Below are positions 1 to 8,646 of a DNA stretch of 47,577 nucleotides, piece by piece. The notes under the pieces are model-generated. The model was not told the origin of the DNA. It was given only the letters and a program-made list of their open reading frames with translations, and did not search any database. The DNA is from Candidatus Anoxymicrobiaceae bacterium (GTDB lineage: Bacteria > Actinomycetota > Geothermincolia > Fen-727 > Anoxymicrobiaceae). The stretch spans positions 1-47,577 of the forward strand of contig DATCGY010000151.1 of the NCBI GenBank assembly GCA_036508635.1. The letters are read 5' to 3'. Made by a program: the position numbers and the translations under genes. Each line of letters starts with the position of its first letter. Within the stretch, counting starts at the first letter, position 1.

Positions 1-11
1 GCGGAAGCGGA

Positions 12-1730
12 GTGTCGGAGCGGGATTGGGGCACTTGCGCGTCGGCCGTCGCGGCCCCGGCGAAGACCTGGTATCTGGCGGAGGGTTGCACGGCGGCGGG
101 GTTCGAGACCTGGGTACTGGTCCAGAACCCGGGCTCTTCTCCGGTCGATGTCACAATGAGCCTTCAGACCGGGAACGGCGGGGTCGCTGGACCGAAAGAT
201 ACCATTCCCGCCCTGACCCGGCGCACGTATAACCTGGCCGACTACGTCGTGAGCTACAACGTCTCGACAAAGGTGAGCGCGAGCGCGCCGGTCGTCTGCG
301 AGCGCGCGATGTACGGCAACAACCGCGAGTGGGGCACCGGGGCGACCGGAGTGACATCGCCGTCGAAGACGTGGTATCTCGCCGAAGGATGTACCGACGG
401 TGGGATGGAGACGTGGGTCCTCGTCCAGAACCCGGGGTCGACGCCTGTCAATGTCACACTGACCCTGCAGACGGACGCCGGGCAGGTCGCCGGCCCTAAA
501 GACACGATTCCTCCCAGGACCAGGCGCTCCTACAACCTGGCGAAATACGCTGTCTCCTACAACATCTCGACCGAGGTCAACGCTAGCGGCGGAGTCGTCT
601 GTGAGCGCGCGATGTACGGCAACAGCCGCGAGTGGGGCACCGACGATACTGGAGCTCCATCTCCGTCGACCTCCTGCTACCTTGCTGAGGGTTGTACCCT
701 TCCTGACTTCGAGACGTGGGTACTGGTGCAGAATCCGGGTACTTCGACGGCCAGGGTGCGCATGAGGCTCCTGACTGACAAAGGAGAGGTCGCCGGCCCG
801 GACGACAGCGTCCCGCCGGGCACCAGGCGGACGTACGACCTCTCCAAGTACGCTCCCAACGCGAGCGTGGCGACTGTCGTCAGCTCCAATTCACCGGTGG
901 TGGTGGAACGGGCTATGTATGGGGGCAGGCGGCTGTGGGGCACGTGCTCGTCAGGGTGCACCGCTCTTTCGAGCGTCTGGTATCTTGCGGAGGGTTGTAC
1001 GGCGAACAAGTTCGAGACGTGGATCGCGCTGATGAACCCCGGGAAGAACGCCGTCGATGTCAAGGTCAAGTTGCAGACCGACAAGGGTGAGGTCGCCGGC
1101 CCTTCCGGTACCATCCAGCCCCGGCAGCGCAAGACGTTCTATCTCGGTGACTACGTCGACACCTTCAACGTATCGGCGAAGGTAGAGGCCAGCGCGCCCG
1201 TCGCCTGCGAGCGCTCGATGTACGGTGAAGGCACCAGCAGGCGCCCTTGCGCCCCTGTGCAGGGGCCGCCACTATATCCGATCACGAAAGACGCGTCCAT
1301 AGCTTGCGGCCATTGGCCAGCGGGGTCGACCGACTACCCGTACTTCGGAGCGCCTAGAGAGGGAACCCGCCTTCACGCGGGAGTCGACATTTATCCCCCC
1401 GGCGGCGAAGGGACCCCGGTCAGGGCGATAAAAACGGGAACTGTCGTAAAGACCGGTCTTTTCTACACTCGCGCCAACGGCGAGCAGACGTTCGCCGTGC
1501 TCGTCGACCACGGGGACTACGTGGCGACATACGGGGAGTTGCGCCCGCTGGACGCCTGGCTCCAGCCAGGTGTGACGGTATCGCGAGGCCAGGTAATCGG
1601 ATATGTCAGTGGAACGGTACAGCTCCACTTCGAGATGTACAAACCGGGCATCGGGACCTGGTTCAGCTGGTACGGCCCCAAACCAGCCGACCTCATCGAC
1701 CCCACAGATTACGTTCTCGGCCTGTACTGA
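12..1730 (+). CDS. Secreted/cell-wall M23 (LytM-type) metallopeptidase with N-terminal tandem 101-aa repeat modules. The 5' end is probably cut by the window edge.
   Basis: The C-terminal part carries M23 signatures: LHAGVDIY (HxxxD) and QLHFEMY (HxH-like). The N-terminal part is four in-phase copies of a module WYLAEGCT..ETWVLVQNPG..VAGP..TRRxYxL..CERAMYG. The frame stays open to nt 3. Confidence 0.8.
   Translation: MSERDWGTCASAVAAPAKTWYLAEGCTAAGFETWVLVQNPGSSPVDVTMSLQTGNGGVAGPKDTIPALTRRTYNLADYVVSYNVSTKVSASAPVVCERAMYGNNREWGTGATGVTSPSKTWYLAEGCTDGGMETWVLVQNPGSTPVNVTLTLQTDAGQVAGPKDTIPPRTRRSYNLAKYAVSYNISTEVNASGGVVCERAMYGNSREWGTDDTGAPSPSTSCYLAEGCTLPDFETWVLVQNPGTSTARVRMRLLTDKGEVAGPDDSVPPGTRRTYDLSKYAPNASVATVVSSNSPVVVERAMYGGRRLWGTCSSGCTALSSVWYLAEGCTANKFETWIALMNPGKNAVDVKVKLQTDKGEVAGPSGTIQPRQRKTFYLGDYVDTFNVSAKVEASAPVACERSMYGEGTSRRPCAPVQGPPLYPITKDASIACGHWPAGSTDYPYFGAPREGTRLHAGVDIYPPGGEGTPVRAIKTGTVVKTGLFYTRANGEQTFAVLVDHGDYVATYGELRPLDAWLQPGVTVSRGQVIGYVSGTVQLHFEMYKPGIGTWFSWYGPKPADLIDPTDYVLGLY
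21..1232 (+). repeat. Four tandem, exactly phased 303-nt (101-codon) intragenic repeats
   Basis: Unit starts fall at 21, 324, 627 and 930 (R-[DEL]-W-G-T codons). The gagcgcgcgatgtacggcaac motif recurs at 301, 604, 907 and 1210. Nt ~298-340 and ~601-643 are near-identical 40-mers. Confidence 0.9.
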
Positions 1731-1790
1731 GGCGCAACGTCAGGTTGCGAAGCTTTTCTCGGAGATCGAAGCAAGTTGCTCGACTATCTG

Positions 1791-1857
1791 GAGTTCTTCT
1801 GAAAAAAGTACTACTCGCTCTGCACTTCAAGACAATAGGAAGACTATGGTCTGATTC
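1791..1857 (+). repeat. Copy A of a direct repeat flanking the glycyl-radical enzyme gene (in its 5' leader)
   Basis: Copy A reads gagttcttctgaaaaaagtactactcgctctgcacttcaagacaataggaagac..ctgattc. It aligns with 5037-5128 at roughly 37 of 46 identities in the core, by hand alignment. Confidence 0.6.
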
Positions 1858-1954
1858 TTGTCTCCCGCAGGAAACCGCCGCCGGCCGTCATTGACCGCGG
1901 TGCCCTCGAGGTCGTATAAGAAGGGTGTGGAACCCTACCTTGGAGGCGAGCGAT

Positions 1955-4927
1955 GTGAACGGGAAGTCTTTTACCAACACCATCAGCGGCTCGGTCCTGC
2001 GGCTGATGGCCGCGAACTTCAACTTGAGACCTTCCATCAGGGAATCCATGCGCTGCAACGGGTCATGGGTCGATTTCACGGTCGGTCTCAGGACGGAGCA
2101 GGACACCGTCGAACAGGCGATAAGGTTCAGGGACGGAAAGGCCACTGTCCTCAGACACATTCCGGCTGAAGTCGACGTCACGATGATCATGGCCGACGAC
2201 TCCGTGGTCAAGGAGCTTCTCTCCGCGACTCCGAACGAGACTCTCAACATGCTGCTCAAGAGCAAGCTCAGGCTCGAGGGGAACCTCAGTTATATCAGCC
2301 TCTTCAACTATTACATCGCCACGTTGATGGCCAAGACTAACGCCAGGCGAAACTCGAAGATAAAGGAAGACGATGCCGCAATGAGGCTCAGCGAGGCTCC
2401 TCGCGTCGACCCCGCGCTCAGGACGGAGATGGCCCGTCGCAGGAGTGCGAGGATGGCCGCCCAGGAGATCGACGCCGGCGTGCATTTCCTGGAGGAACCA
2501 TACCTCTGTGCTTATGACATCGAAGATTTTCCGCGCTTGGAGCGCTTCCTGGAAATACATTTTACTACCAGGCCGGAGCTTTGTGCCGAGCGGCCAAAGC
2601 TCCTGATGGACTGGTTCGTAGAGAACGGGTTCGAGAACGACAGGGAAGGCAAGCCGTGGTTTCCGCCGCTTCGCCAGGGGTATGCATTCAAGCACCTGAT
2701 GGAAAATCGCAAGCCGATAATCAGGAAACACGATCTCATCGCGGGTACTACGACGACGAAGGACATAGGTGTCGTTATATACCCGGATGCGATCGGCACG
2801 ACAATGTGGAGCGAGCTCGAGAGCGTTCCAGACCGTCTGCTGAACCCGTACGATGTCTCCGAGGAGACGATCAAGACCCTTCACCACTACGTCTTTCCGT
2901 ACTGGACGCACCGTAACTTCCGGGAATGGGTACGCGAAAAGTACAACGCTCCTTTGAGCCAGAAGATGGATGAGCGCTTCGCGGTCTATTTCATGTGGAA
3001 GACGGTCGCGCTCTCGCACACCATCGCGGATTTTCCGAGGCTCATGAACCAGGGCACCTCCGGTGTGATACGGGAGATAGAGGAGGAGCTCGCGCGCGAC
3101 GAGTTCGCGAACCAGGCTAAGAAGGATACCCTGCATGGTATGATTCTCTGTCTCGAGGGCGTTAACGCCTACGCGAGAAACCTCTCGAGGCAGGCTACCC
3201 GCGATGCGGAGGCAGAAGGCGACCCGGTCCGCCGGGCCGAGCTGGAGCGGCTGGCCGAGATATGCGCGAAGGTTCCAGAGAACCCATGCGACACGCTCGA
3301 CGAGGCTATTAACGCGTGCTGGATAGTATGGCTCTCGCTGCATATGGAGAGCACAAACGCAGGTCTTTCCATCGGGCGAATGGATCAGTGGCTCCAGCGT
3401 TACTTCGAGGCCGATATCGCGAAGCTGTCCACCCCCGATGAACGGGAGGAGTACGTAAGGAAAGCGATAGAGCTGGTCGGGTGCTTCTACATGAGGTGCA
3501 CCGATCACCTCCCCATGATCATAGATATCGGCAACTATCTATTTGGTGGCAGTTCCTCAGACCAGGCTATCACCCTTGGAGGGATCACGCCGGAGGGGGA
3601 AGACGCTGTCAACGACATGACGTACATCTTCCTCAAGGTCACCGAGCTGCTCAATATCCGGGACCCCAACATCAACGCTAGGTACAACCCGGAGAAGAAC
3701 TCCGACATCTACCTCAAGCGCCTTTGCGAGGTCAACCTCATCACTGCCGCGACACCGTCCATGCACAACGACCTCGCCGTAATGGAGTCGCTCAAGGAGT
3801 TCGAATACGCCCCCGAGGACCTCCGGGACTGGTCGGCGACCGGTTGCGTGGAGCCGACGCTCTCGGGCAAGCATATCGGGCATACCAACTGCATGATGAT
3901 GAACATGGTCGCCGCCTTCGAGATGGCCATGAACAACGGCAGGCACCCACTGATGAACTGGGATGTGGGGCCGAAGACCGGCAGCATCGAAGCAGGTGAT
4001 TTCACGGAGTTCGAGGATTTCTTCGGGGCGTTCCTGACGCAGTATCGGTTCCTCATAGATAGCTCCGTGGAGTACAACAACATGCTGGGCGAGGCCCATA
4101 ACGTCCTGCGACCGACGCCGCTGCTATCCTCGCTGATAAACGACTCGATAGAGAACGGCAAGGACGTCACGGCGGGTGGCGCCAGGTACAACAGCTCGGG
4201 ATCGGCGTGTATCGGGCTCGCAGATGTCACGGATTCACTGATGGTGATCAAGAAGCTCGTGTACGACGGGAAAAAGGTTAGCTTCGCCGACCTCAAGAAG
4301 GCCGTGGACACCAACTTCGTGGAGGACCCCGCGCTTCACGCGATGGTCACAAGGAAGGTCCCGCTCTTCGGCTCGGGCAGCGAAGAGGCCCTCGAGATGG
4401 CGGGACGGATCACCAGGTTCACCCATGATACGTATGGAGGACACAGGAACTTCAGGGGCGGGCCTTACACCGCGGGATTCTGGTCGATGTCCAACCACGT
4501 GGCGTTCGGTACTCTCACGGGGGCCCTGCCGTCGGGGAGGCTTGCCGGCAAGGCGTTCACTCCGGGCCTGACCCCGGAGCCGAACGCCTCAAAGAACCTG
4601 CTCGACAACATCAGGGACGTCGCGAGGCTCGACCCCCACGACATGAACAACAACATCGCCTTCAACGTCAAGGTGGTACCGTCCGCGCGCGACACTCACG
4701 AACAGGTCGTCGACAACATGTTCTCGTACGCCAAGACCTACTTTGACCTTGGCGGGATGCAGATGCAGATGAACGTTGTCACGAGCGACATGCTCCGTGA
4801 CGCTATGGCCTATCCCGAGAATTACCGCAACCTTCTTGTACGCATCTCGGGGTACAACGCTTACTTTGTGACCCTCAATCGCGATATGCAGATCGAGCTC
4901 ATCGAACGCGCCGAATACGGAATCTAG
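1955..4927 (+). CDS. Glycyl-radical enzyme (PFL2/dehydratase-eliminase clade) with an N-terminal SCP2-like domain
   Basis: The C-terminal Gly-radical fingerprint is RISGYNAYFV. The thiyl loop is ATGCVEP (Cys-x-Glu). The PFL2 core begins near ELCAERPKLLMDWF. The N-terminal ~110 aa match the SCP2 signature (DVTMIMADDSVVKELLSATPNETLNMLLKSKLRLEGNLSYISLF). The start is taken as GTG 1955, 8 nt after GGAGG at 1942-1946. The track start of 1925 is possible but has no usable RBS spacing. Confidence 0.85.
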   Translation: MNGKSFTNTISGSVLRLMAANFNLRPSIRESMRCNGSWVDFTVGLRTEQDTVEQAIRFRDGKATVLRHIPAEVDVTMIMADDSVVKELLSATPNETLNMLLKSKLRLEGNLSYISLFNYYIATLMAKTNARRNSKIKEDDAAMRLSEAPRVDPALRTEMARRRSARMAAQEIDAGVHFLEEPYLCAYDIEDFPRLERFLEIHFTTRPELCAERPKLLMDWFVENGFENDREGKPWFPPLRQGYAFKHLMENRKPIIRKHDLIAGTTTTKDIGVVIYPDAIGTTMWSELESVPDRLLNPYDVSEETIKTLHHYVFPYWTHRNFREWVREKYNAPLSQKMDERFAVYFMWKTVALSHTIADFPRLMNQGTSGVIREIEEELARDEFANQAKKDTLHGMILCLEGVNAYARNLSRQATRDAEAEGDPVRRAELERLAEICAKVPENPCDTLDEAINACWIVWLSLHMESTNAGLSIGRMDQWLQRYFEADIAKLSTPDEREEYVRKAIELVGCFYMRCTDHLPMIIDIGNYLFGGSSSDQAITLGGITPEGEDAVNDMTYIFLKVTELLNIRDPNINARYNPEKNSDIYLKRLCEVNLITAATPSMHNDLAVMESLKEFEYAPEDLRDWSATGCVEPTLSGKHIGHTNCMMMNMVAAFEMAMNNGRHPLMNWDVGPKTGSIEAGDFTEFEDFFGAFLTQYRFLIDSSVEYNNMLGEAHNVLRPTPLLSSLINDSIENGKDVTAGGARYNSSGSACIGLADVTDSLMVIKKLVYDGKKVSFADLKKAVDTNFVEDPALHAMVTRKVPLFGSGSEEALEMAGRITRFTHDTYGGHRNFRGGPYTAGFWSMSNHVAFGTLTGALPSGRLAGKAFTPGLTPEPNASKNLLDNIRDVARLDPHDMNNNIAFNVKVVPSARDTHEQVVDNMFSYAKTYFDLGGMQMQMNVVTSDMLRDAMAYPENYRNLLVRISGYNAYFVTLNRDMQIELIERAEYGI

Positions 4928-5036
4928 ATCGATAGAGCATGATTTATCCTTTGCTCGTCACGGGGGGCTCGGGGTACGTTTTTTCCTCGAGGTCCTCGCG
5001 GAAAGACGGAATTCGGTCAAATATATTTCCGCTGAG

Positions 5037-5128
5037 GAGTTCTACGAAAAATAGTACCCCTCGCCCTGCACTTTAAGAGAACAACTGGAGACGTGCACGG
5101 GCGATCCCAGGTCTTGTCGGCCTGATTC
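5037..5128 (+). repeat. Copy B of the direct repeat, lying between the convergent 3' ends of the GRE gene and the GT-C gene
   Basis: Copy B reads gagttctacgaaaaatagtacccctcgccctgcactttaagagaacaactggagac..cctgattc. It has the same order and orientation as copy A. Confidence 0.6.
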
Positions 5129-5157
5129 AATTCAGCGATGCAATGCATAGTAGCTAT

Positions 5158-6960
5158 CTACCGGAGTTCGTAGGCGTAATAACCGTCAGACTGATAGCGA
5201 GGCACGAGCTCCGGCTTACGCTTGACGCGCTCGAGGATACTTGCGAACCGCCCGTGATCGTACCGCTTGCTCTCGAGGATCACGTACTTGACCTTGAGGC
5301 GCCTCAAATACCGGAGGGCCGCCCGCGATGGAAAATCGTACTCAGCCCTGACGGCATCCTTGTACGAGACCGGCACATAGCCGGAGTACCCGTTGACCAT
5401 CGCTTTCCAGTTGGCGGTGTTGAAGTAGTCGCGCTCGGGCTCCATGCTCACGTAAGCGAAGTCGTCCATGCGATTGACGGACTTGCTGTCGTAAGGCGCA
5501 ACCGGCAAGACGATCGTGGGTGCGTTGCCGTCGACGCCCGCCATCCATCTGAACACAGAGGGGAACTGGGCTTTGGTCAGCATTGGTTTCATCTCTATCC
5601 CGGTAGGGAGGATCTCGACCACCATCAGGATGAGGATCACCACGAGCAGGCCGGCTACCGCGACGCGGTCCAGGTGTCCGTTGAGCTTCGAGCGCAACCA
5701 CTTGACGCCGAATCCAGACAGCACGGCGAGCGACAGTAGGCAGAGGACGAATATCCTGGTCGGAGTGCGTATGGCCTTGAACCCGGGGAAGAATTTGTAC
5801 AGGAACTTGTAAGGCATGAGTATGCTTGAATGGTGCCCGAAGGCGTAGAAAGCCACTCCCAGGCACATCACGCCGGCCAGGAGTAACAGCGTTACGTAGA
5901 ACGCGAGGGCGAACCTGTCGCGCCGGCTTATTCCGCGACTGGACAGCAAGACGATTCCGCCGATGGTCAGGAGGAGTGGCAGCAGGCCCGGGAAAAGTGA
6001 GCGTTCGGACCCGTTACCACGCGTATACGGGTCGGGCCTGAACAGGCTCGTCGCCTTGCCCCAGACCAGGCTCTGGGGAGGAGCTACGAGGAAATCGGTG
6101 ACATCGCCGGAGTAGCTGGCGACCTCGTTGATATCCCTCGAGAAATTAGGGTTGAGCTTCTGCGACTTCAGATATGGAAGGATGAAAGGAGCAAGCACGA
6201 CCCCGATAAGCATAACGGAAGCCACAAAGAAGGCGACCCATCGGTACGCAGCCTTGCGTTCCTCGAGGCTTGCTTTGCGCCGCAGGACCGCCACTATGCG
6301 CTTTCTCTTCATGAGCGCGAGTATGACCAGGTATATCAGCACGGCGAACACCAGGTAGAAGCCGTAGCTCCAGACGCTCCAGAACACCGCTATCGAGAAG
6401 ACGCTGAAAAGGAAAGCATAGACGGGTTTTCGCTTTTCGGTGAAGAGGTGCAGGCACAGGAACGCGAGCGGCAGGAAACCCATCGAGAGCAACTGCATGT
6501 GCGTTATGTGGGCGAGCCTGTACGTCGAGAACCCGAAGACAATGCCACCGGCGAAAGCGGCATACCTGTCCCCGGTAAGGTGCCAGACCAGAAGGTACGC
6601 GCCGAACGAGGCTATAACGAAGCTCATGAGTATCACGAAGTTGAACGCGAGCACGCCGTTGCCGGTCACGGCCAGCACGGGCAGGGCGATGAGAGAGCTC
6701 ATGAATTCGTCGTCAGAGTAGGCTAACGTATACCTGTTCGGGTAGAACAGCGTCGCGTTGAAGAGGTTCAACGGGTTGGTCTCGAGTGAGTGCGCCGTCC
6801 ACGAGAGCACGTAGATGTTGAACATCGTATCGCCCGTGTTCTCGCGCATAGTGTGGTTGTTTGCCTCGGTGACGAGGGGCCTCGTATAGAACAGCGTGAG
6901 AAGCACGAACAGCACTAGCACAAGCACATATATGAGTACGGTTTTGCGTCTGTGGCTCAA
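5158..6960 (-). CDS. Polytopic GT-C-fold membrane glycosyltransferase-like protein
   Basis: The 600-aa protein has more than 10 predicted TM helices. There is an acidic motif in the first outer loop (AYSDDEFM). The soluble C-terminal domain is as seen in ArnT/PMT/YfhO-like enzymes. Confidence 0.6.
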   Translation of the reverse strand: MSHRRKTVLIYVLVLVLFVLLTLFYTRPLVTEANNHTMRENTGDTMFNIYVLSWTAHSLETNPLNLFNATLFYPNRYTLAYSDDEFMSSLIALPVLAVTGNGVLAFNFVILMSFVIASFGAYLLVWHLTGDRYAAFAGGIVFGFSTYRLAHITHMQLLSMGFLPLAFLCLHLFTEKRKPVYAFLFSVFSIAVFWSVWSYGFYLVFAVLIYLVILALMKRKRIVAVLRRKASLEERKAAYRWVAFFVASVMLIGVVLAPFILPYLKSQKLNPNFSRDINEVASYSGDVTDFLVAPPQSLVWGKATSLFRPDPYTRGNGSERSLFPGLLPLLLTIGGIVLLSSRGISRRDRFALAFYVTLLLLAGVMCLGVAFYAFGHHSSILMPYKFLYKFFPGFKAIRTPTRIFVLCLLSLAVLSGFGVKWLRSKLNGHLDRVAVAGLLVVILILMVVEILPTGIEMKPMLTKAQFPSVFRWMAGVDGNAPTIVLPVAPYDSKSVNRMDDFAYVSMEPERDYFNTANWKAMVNGYSGYVPVSYKDAVRAEYDFPSRAALRYLRRLKVKYVILESKRYDHGRFASILERVKRKPELVPRYQSDGYYAYELR

Positions 6961-7213
6961 ACGCTTCCTCCTGCAGCGGTGCTGCGGTCGCCGGGCTTCT
7001 GCTTATTGTTCACGACTTCCATGCCGCTTTCCTGCGCGCCCGCAGGCAAGGTTCGGCCGGACGCTCCGGGTAATGCGCGAATAAAGGCATCACCGGCGTG
7101 ACGGCGAAAAAAAACTAACAGAGCGGTGCGGGCGCCGCAAGCCTGTCGTACCGAGTTGGACGGAGCCGGCGCTTGGGTGAAGTACCCAGGTGATTCTATG
7201 ATGGAGAGGGGCC

Positions 7214-7639
7214 ATGAGCTTTCAGCAGGTCATGGATGGGGTCAGCAAGATCATAGACTCGGCCGGTGTGGTAGTAATCGTTATCGGCTCGATCTACGCA
7301 ACCTGCGTTTTCGCCTGGAGCCTCGTACGACGCGATTCAAGAAAACTTGATCCGTATCGCATATACCGCGAGACCGTTGGCAGGAGCATACTCCTGGGCC
7401 TCGAGTTCCTGATAGCAGGCGATATCATAAGGACCGTGGCAGTGGCTCCATCTTTCAAGAACGTGGGAGTGCTAGCGATACTTGTCATGATCCGATCTTT
7501 CCTGAGCATGGAGCTCCAGGTGGAGATAGACGGCTACTGGCCGTGGCAACGCGGCAAGTATCTCGATCAGAAAGCCGCGATGGCAACCGGGACGCGTGGA
7601 CCGAGAGAGGGTTCAAACGCGGGCATCAGAGAAGACTAG
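7214..7639 (+). CDS. DUF1622-family small membrane protein
   Basis: The motif LGLEFLIAGDIIRTV plus 3-4 TM segments support the call. A strong RBS (GGAGAGGGG) lies directly upstream of the ATG. Confidence 0.65.
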   Translation: MSFQQVMDGVSKIIDSAGVVVIVIGSIYATCVFAWSLVRRDSRKLDPYRIYRETVGRSILLGLEFLIAGDIIRTVAVAPSFKNVGVLAILVMIRSFLSMELQVEIDGYWPWQRGKYLDQKAAMATGTRGPREGSNAGIRED

Positions 7640-8295
7640 CCCCAGAGGACGTCGCTCACGCCCTCAACACCGTACAGGCTCTCCGTTATCTTCACGACGT
7701 CGCTGCCTGCATGAAGTGTAGCGATCATCCCGAGGTCTATCATGCCGCCGTCTTCATGTCGGCGAAAATGGACAAGCTGTGGTTCGCACCCGTTATTTAG
7801 AAGCACCTCTTCGATGTTCGAGTAGACGCTCTCGGAGTAAGCGGCTCCGACGTGTATCGGCATTGTGTGCGTCTTGAGGCGCGGCGAGATCGCATCGGTC
7901 CCCCAGTCAACTATCCTGAGCACGACAAGCGCGATGCCCGTGACAACGAACCCAACAGCGTAGTAGCCGGTGCCAAAGAGCATCCCGATGCCCGCGACGC
8001 TCCACAGGCTGGAGGCCGTGGTGAGCCCCGTCACCCAGCCGTCGCGGCTCCTGAGGATAGCTCCGCCGCCGATAAAGCCGATGCCCGTGACTACGGCCGC
8101 GGCGACTCGGTCGCCCTGCAGAAAACCGGGGAACCCGTACAGCGACATGGTAGTGAAGACGCAAGCGCCGACCGTGACGAGGATATGTGTGCGTATTCCC
8201 GCCGGATGGTCAGTGAGCTCACGCTCGAGGCCGACAAGCCCCCCACACCCCATCGCAAGCAGTATTCGGATTATGATCTGCATGGAACTGCTCAT
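7636..8295 (-). CDS. mgtC: MgtC/SapB-family membrane protein
   Basis: The N-terminal motif is GCGGLVGLERE..HPAGIRTHILV, followed by a C-terminal soluble ACT-like domain. The gene overlaps the convergent DUF1622 gene by 4 nt. Confidence 0.85.
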   Translation of the reverse strand: MSSSMQIIIRILLAMGCGGLVGLERELTDHPAGIRTHILVTVGACVFTTMSLYGFPGFLQGDRVAAAVVTGIGFIGGGAILRSRDGWVTGLTTASSLWSVAGIGMLFGTGYYAVGFVVTGIALVVLRIVDWGTDAISPRLKTHTMPIHVGAAYSESVYSNIEEVLLNNGCEPQLVHFRRHEDGGMIDLGMIATLHAGSDVVKITESLYGVEGVSDVLWG

Positions 8296-8330
8296 TGACG
8301 ACCTCTATCGATTTACAGCGTAGACGGTAC

Positions 8331-8459
8331 TTATTTCTTGGGAAGCGCCGCGTCCACCTTCTGCCCGGCAGCGGCAATGTCCTGCTCGAGAGGATCGAAA
8401 ACCGACGCCAGCCCACCCGCGAGACCACGGGATGCCCGCCCTGTGGAGGAAGATGACAT
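8331..8459 (-). CDS. Possible 42-aa upstream small ORF in the mgtC leader (MSSSSTGRASRGLAGGLASVFDPLEQDIAAAGQKVDAALPKK)
   Basis: This ORF is not in the track because it is under 60 aa. It runs from ATG to TAA, with AGGTG about 10 nt upstream. GC3 is similar to neighbouring genes. It ends 35 nt before the mgtC start on the same strand. Confidence 0.3.
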   Translation of the reverse strand: MSSSSTGRASRGLAGGLASVFDPLEQDIAAAGQKVDAALPKK

Positions 8460-8646
8460 TGAAGCTCGCACCTGCAATCGTCCATCGGGTAATCAGAACG
8501 CGATTTATGAGTGACCGGTTCGTCTTTGACCAACAGATGCGGCGTAAGGTTTTTGCCTGCTCGTGGCGAACTCGCGCCGTATACGGTGTTATGATGCAGG
8601 CAACGGCTCGAACTGCTGTACATACAAGGGGGAGGCGCCGACCGGG

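Noticed and set aside
2063-3508. Long antisense ORFs opposite real genes. Examples are 2063-3508(-), 3557-4314(-), 5143-5739(+), 26046-26636(-), 27772-28578(-), 28778-29611(-), 31318-32385(-) and 37206-37841(-).
   Set aside because: These are typical shadow ORFs of GC-rich coding DNA. They are Arg/Pro/Gly-rich, carry no motifs, and fully overlap genes with unambiguous family signatures.
4928-5000. A possible terminator after the GRE gene (cacggggggctcggggtacgtttttt).
   Set aside because: A T-run is present, but the preceding sequence does not form a convincing stem by hand folding.
7180-7213. A TTGGGT-18-TATGAT promoter-like match upstream of the DUF1622 gene.
   Set aside because: The -10 element would lie only 12 nt from the ATG and would exclude the clear GGAGAGGGG RBS from the transcript. 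It is probably a chance match.
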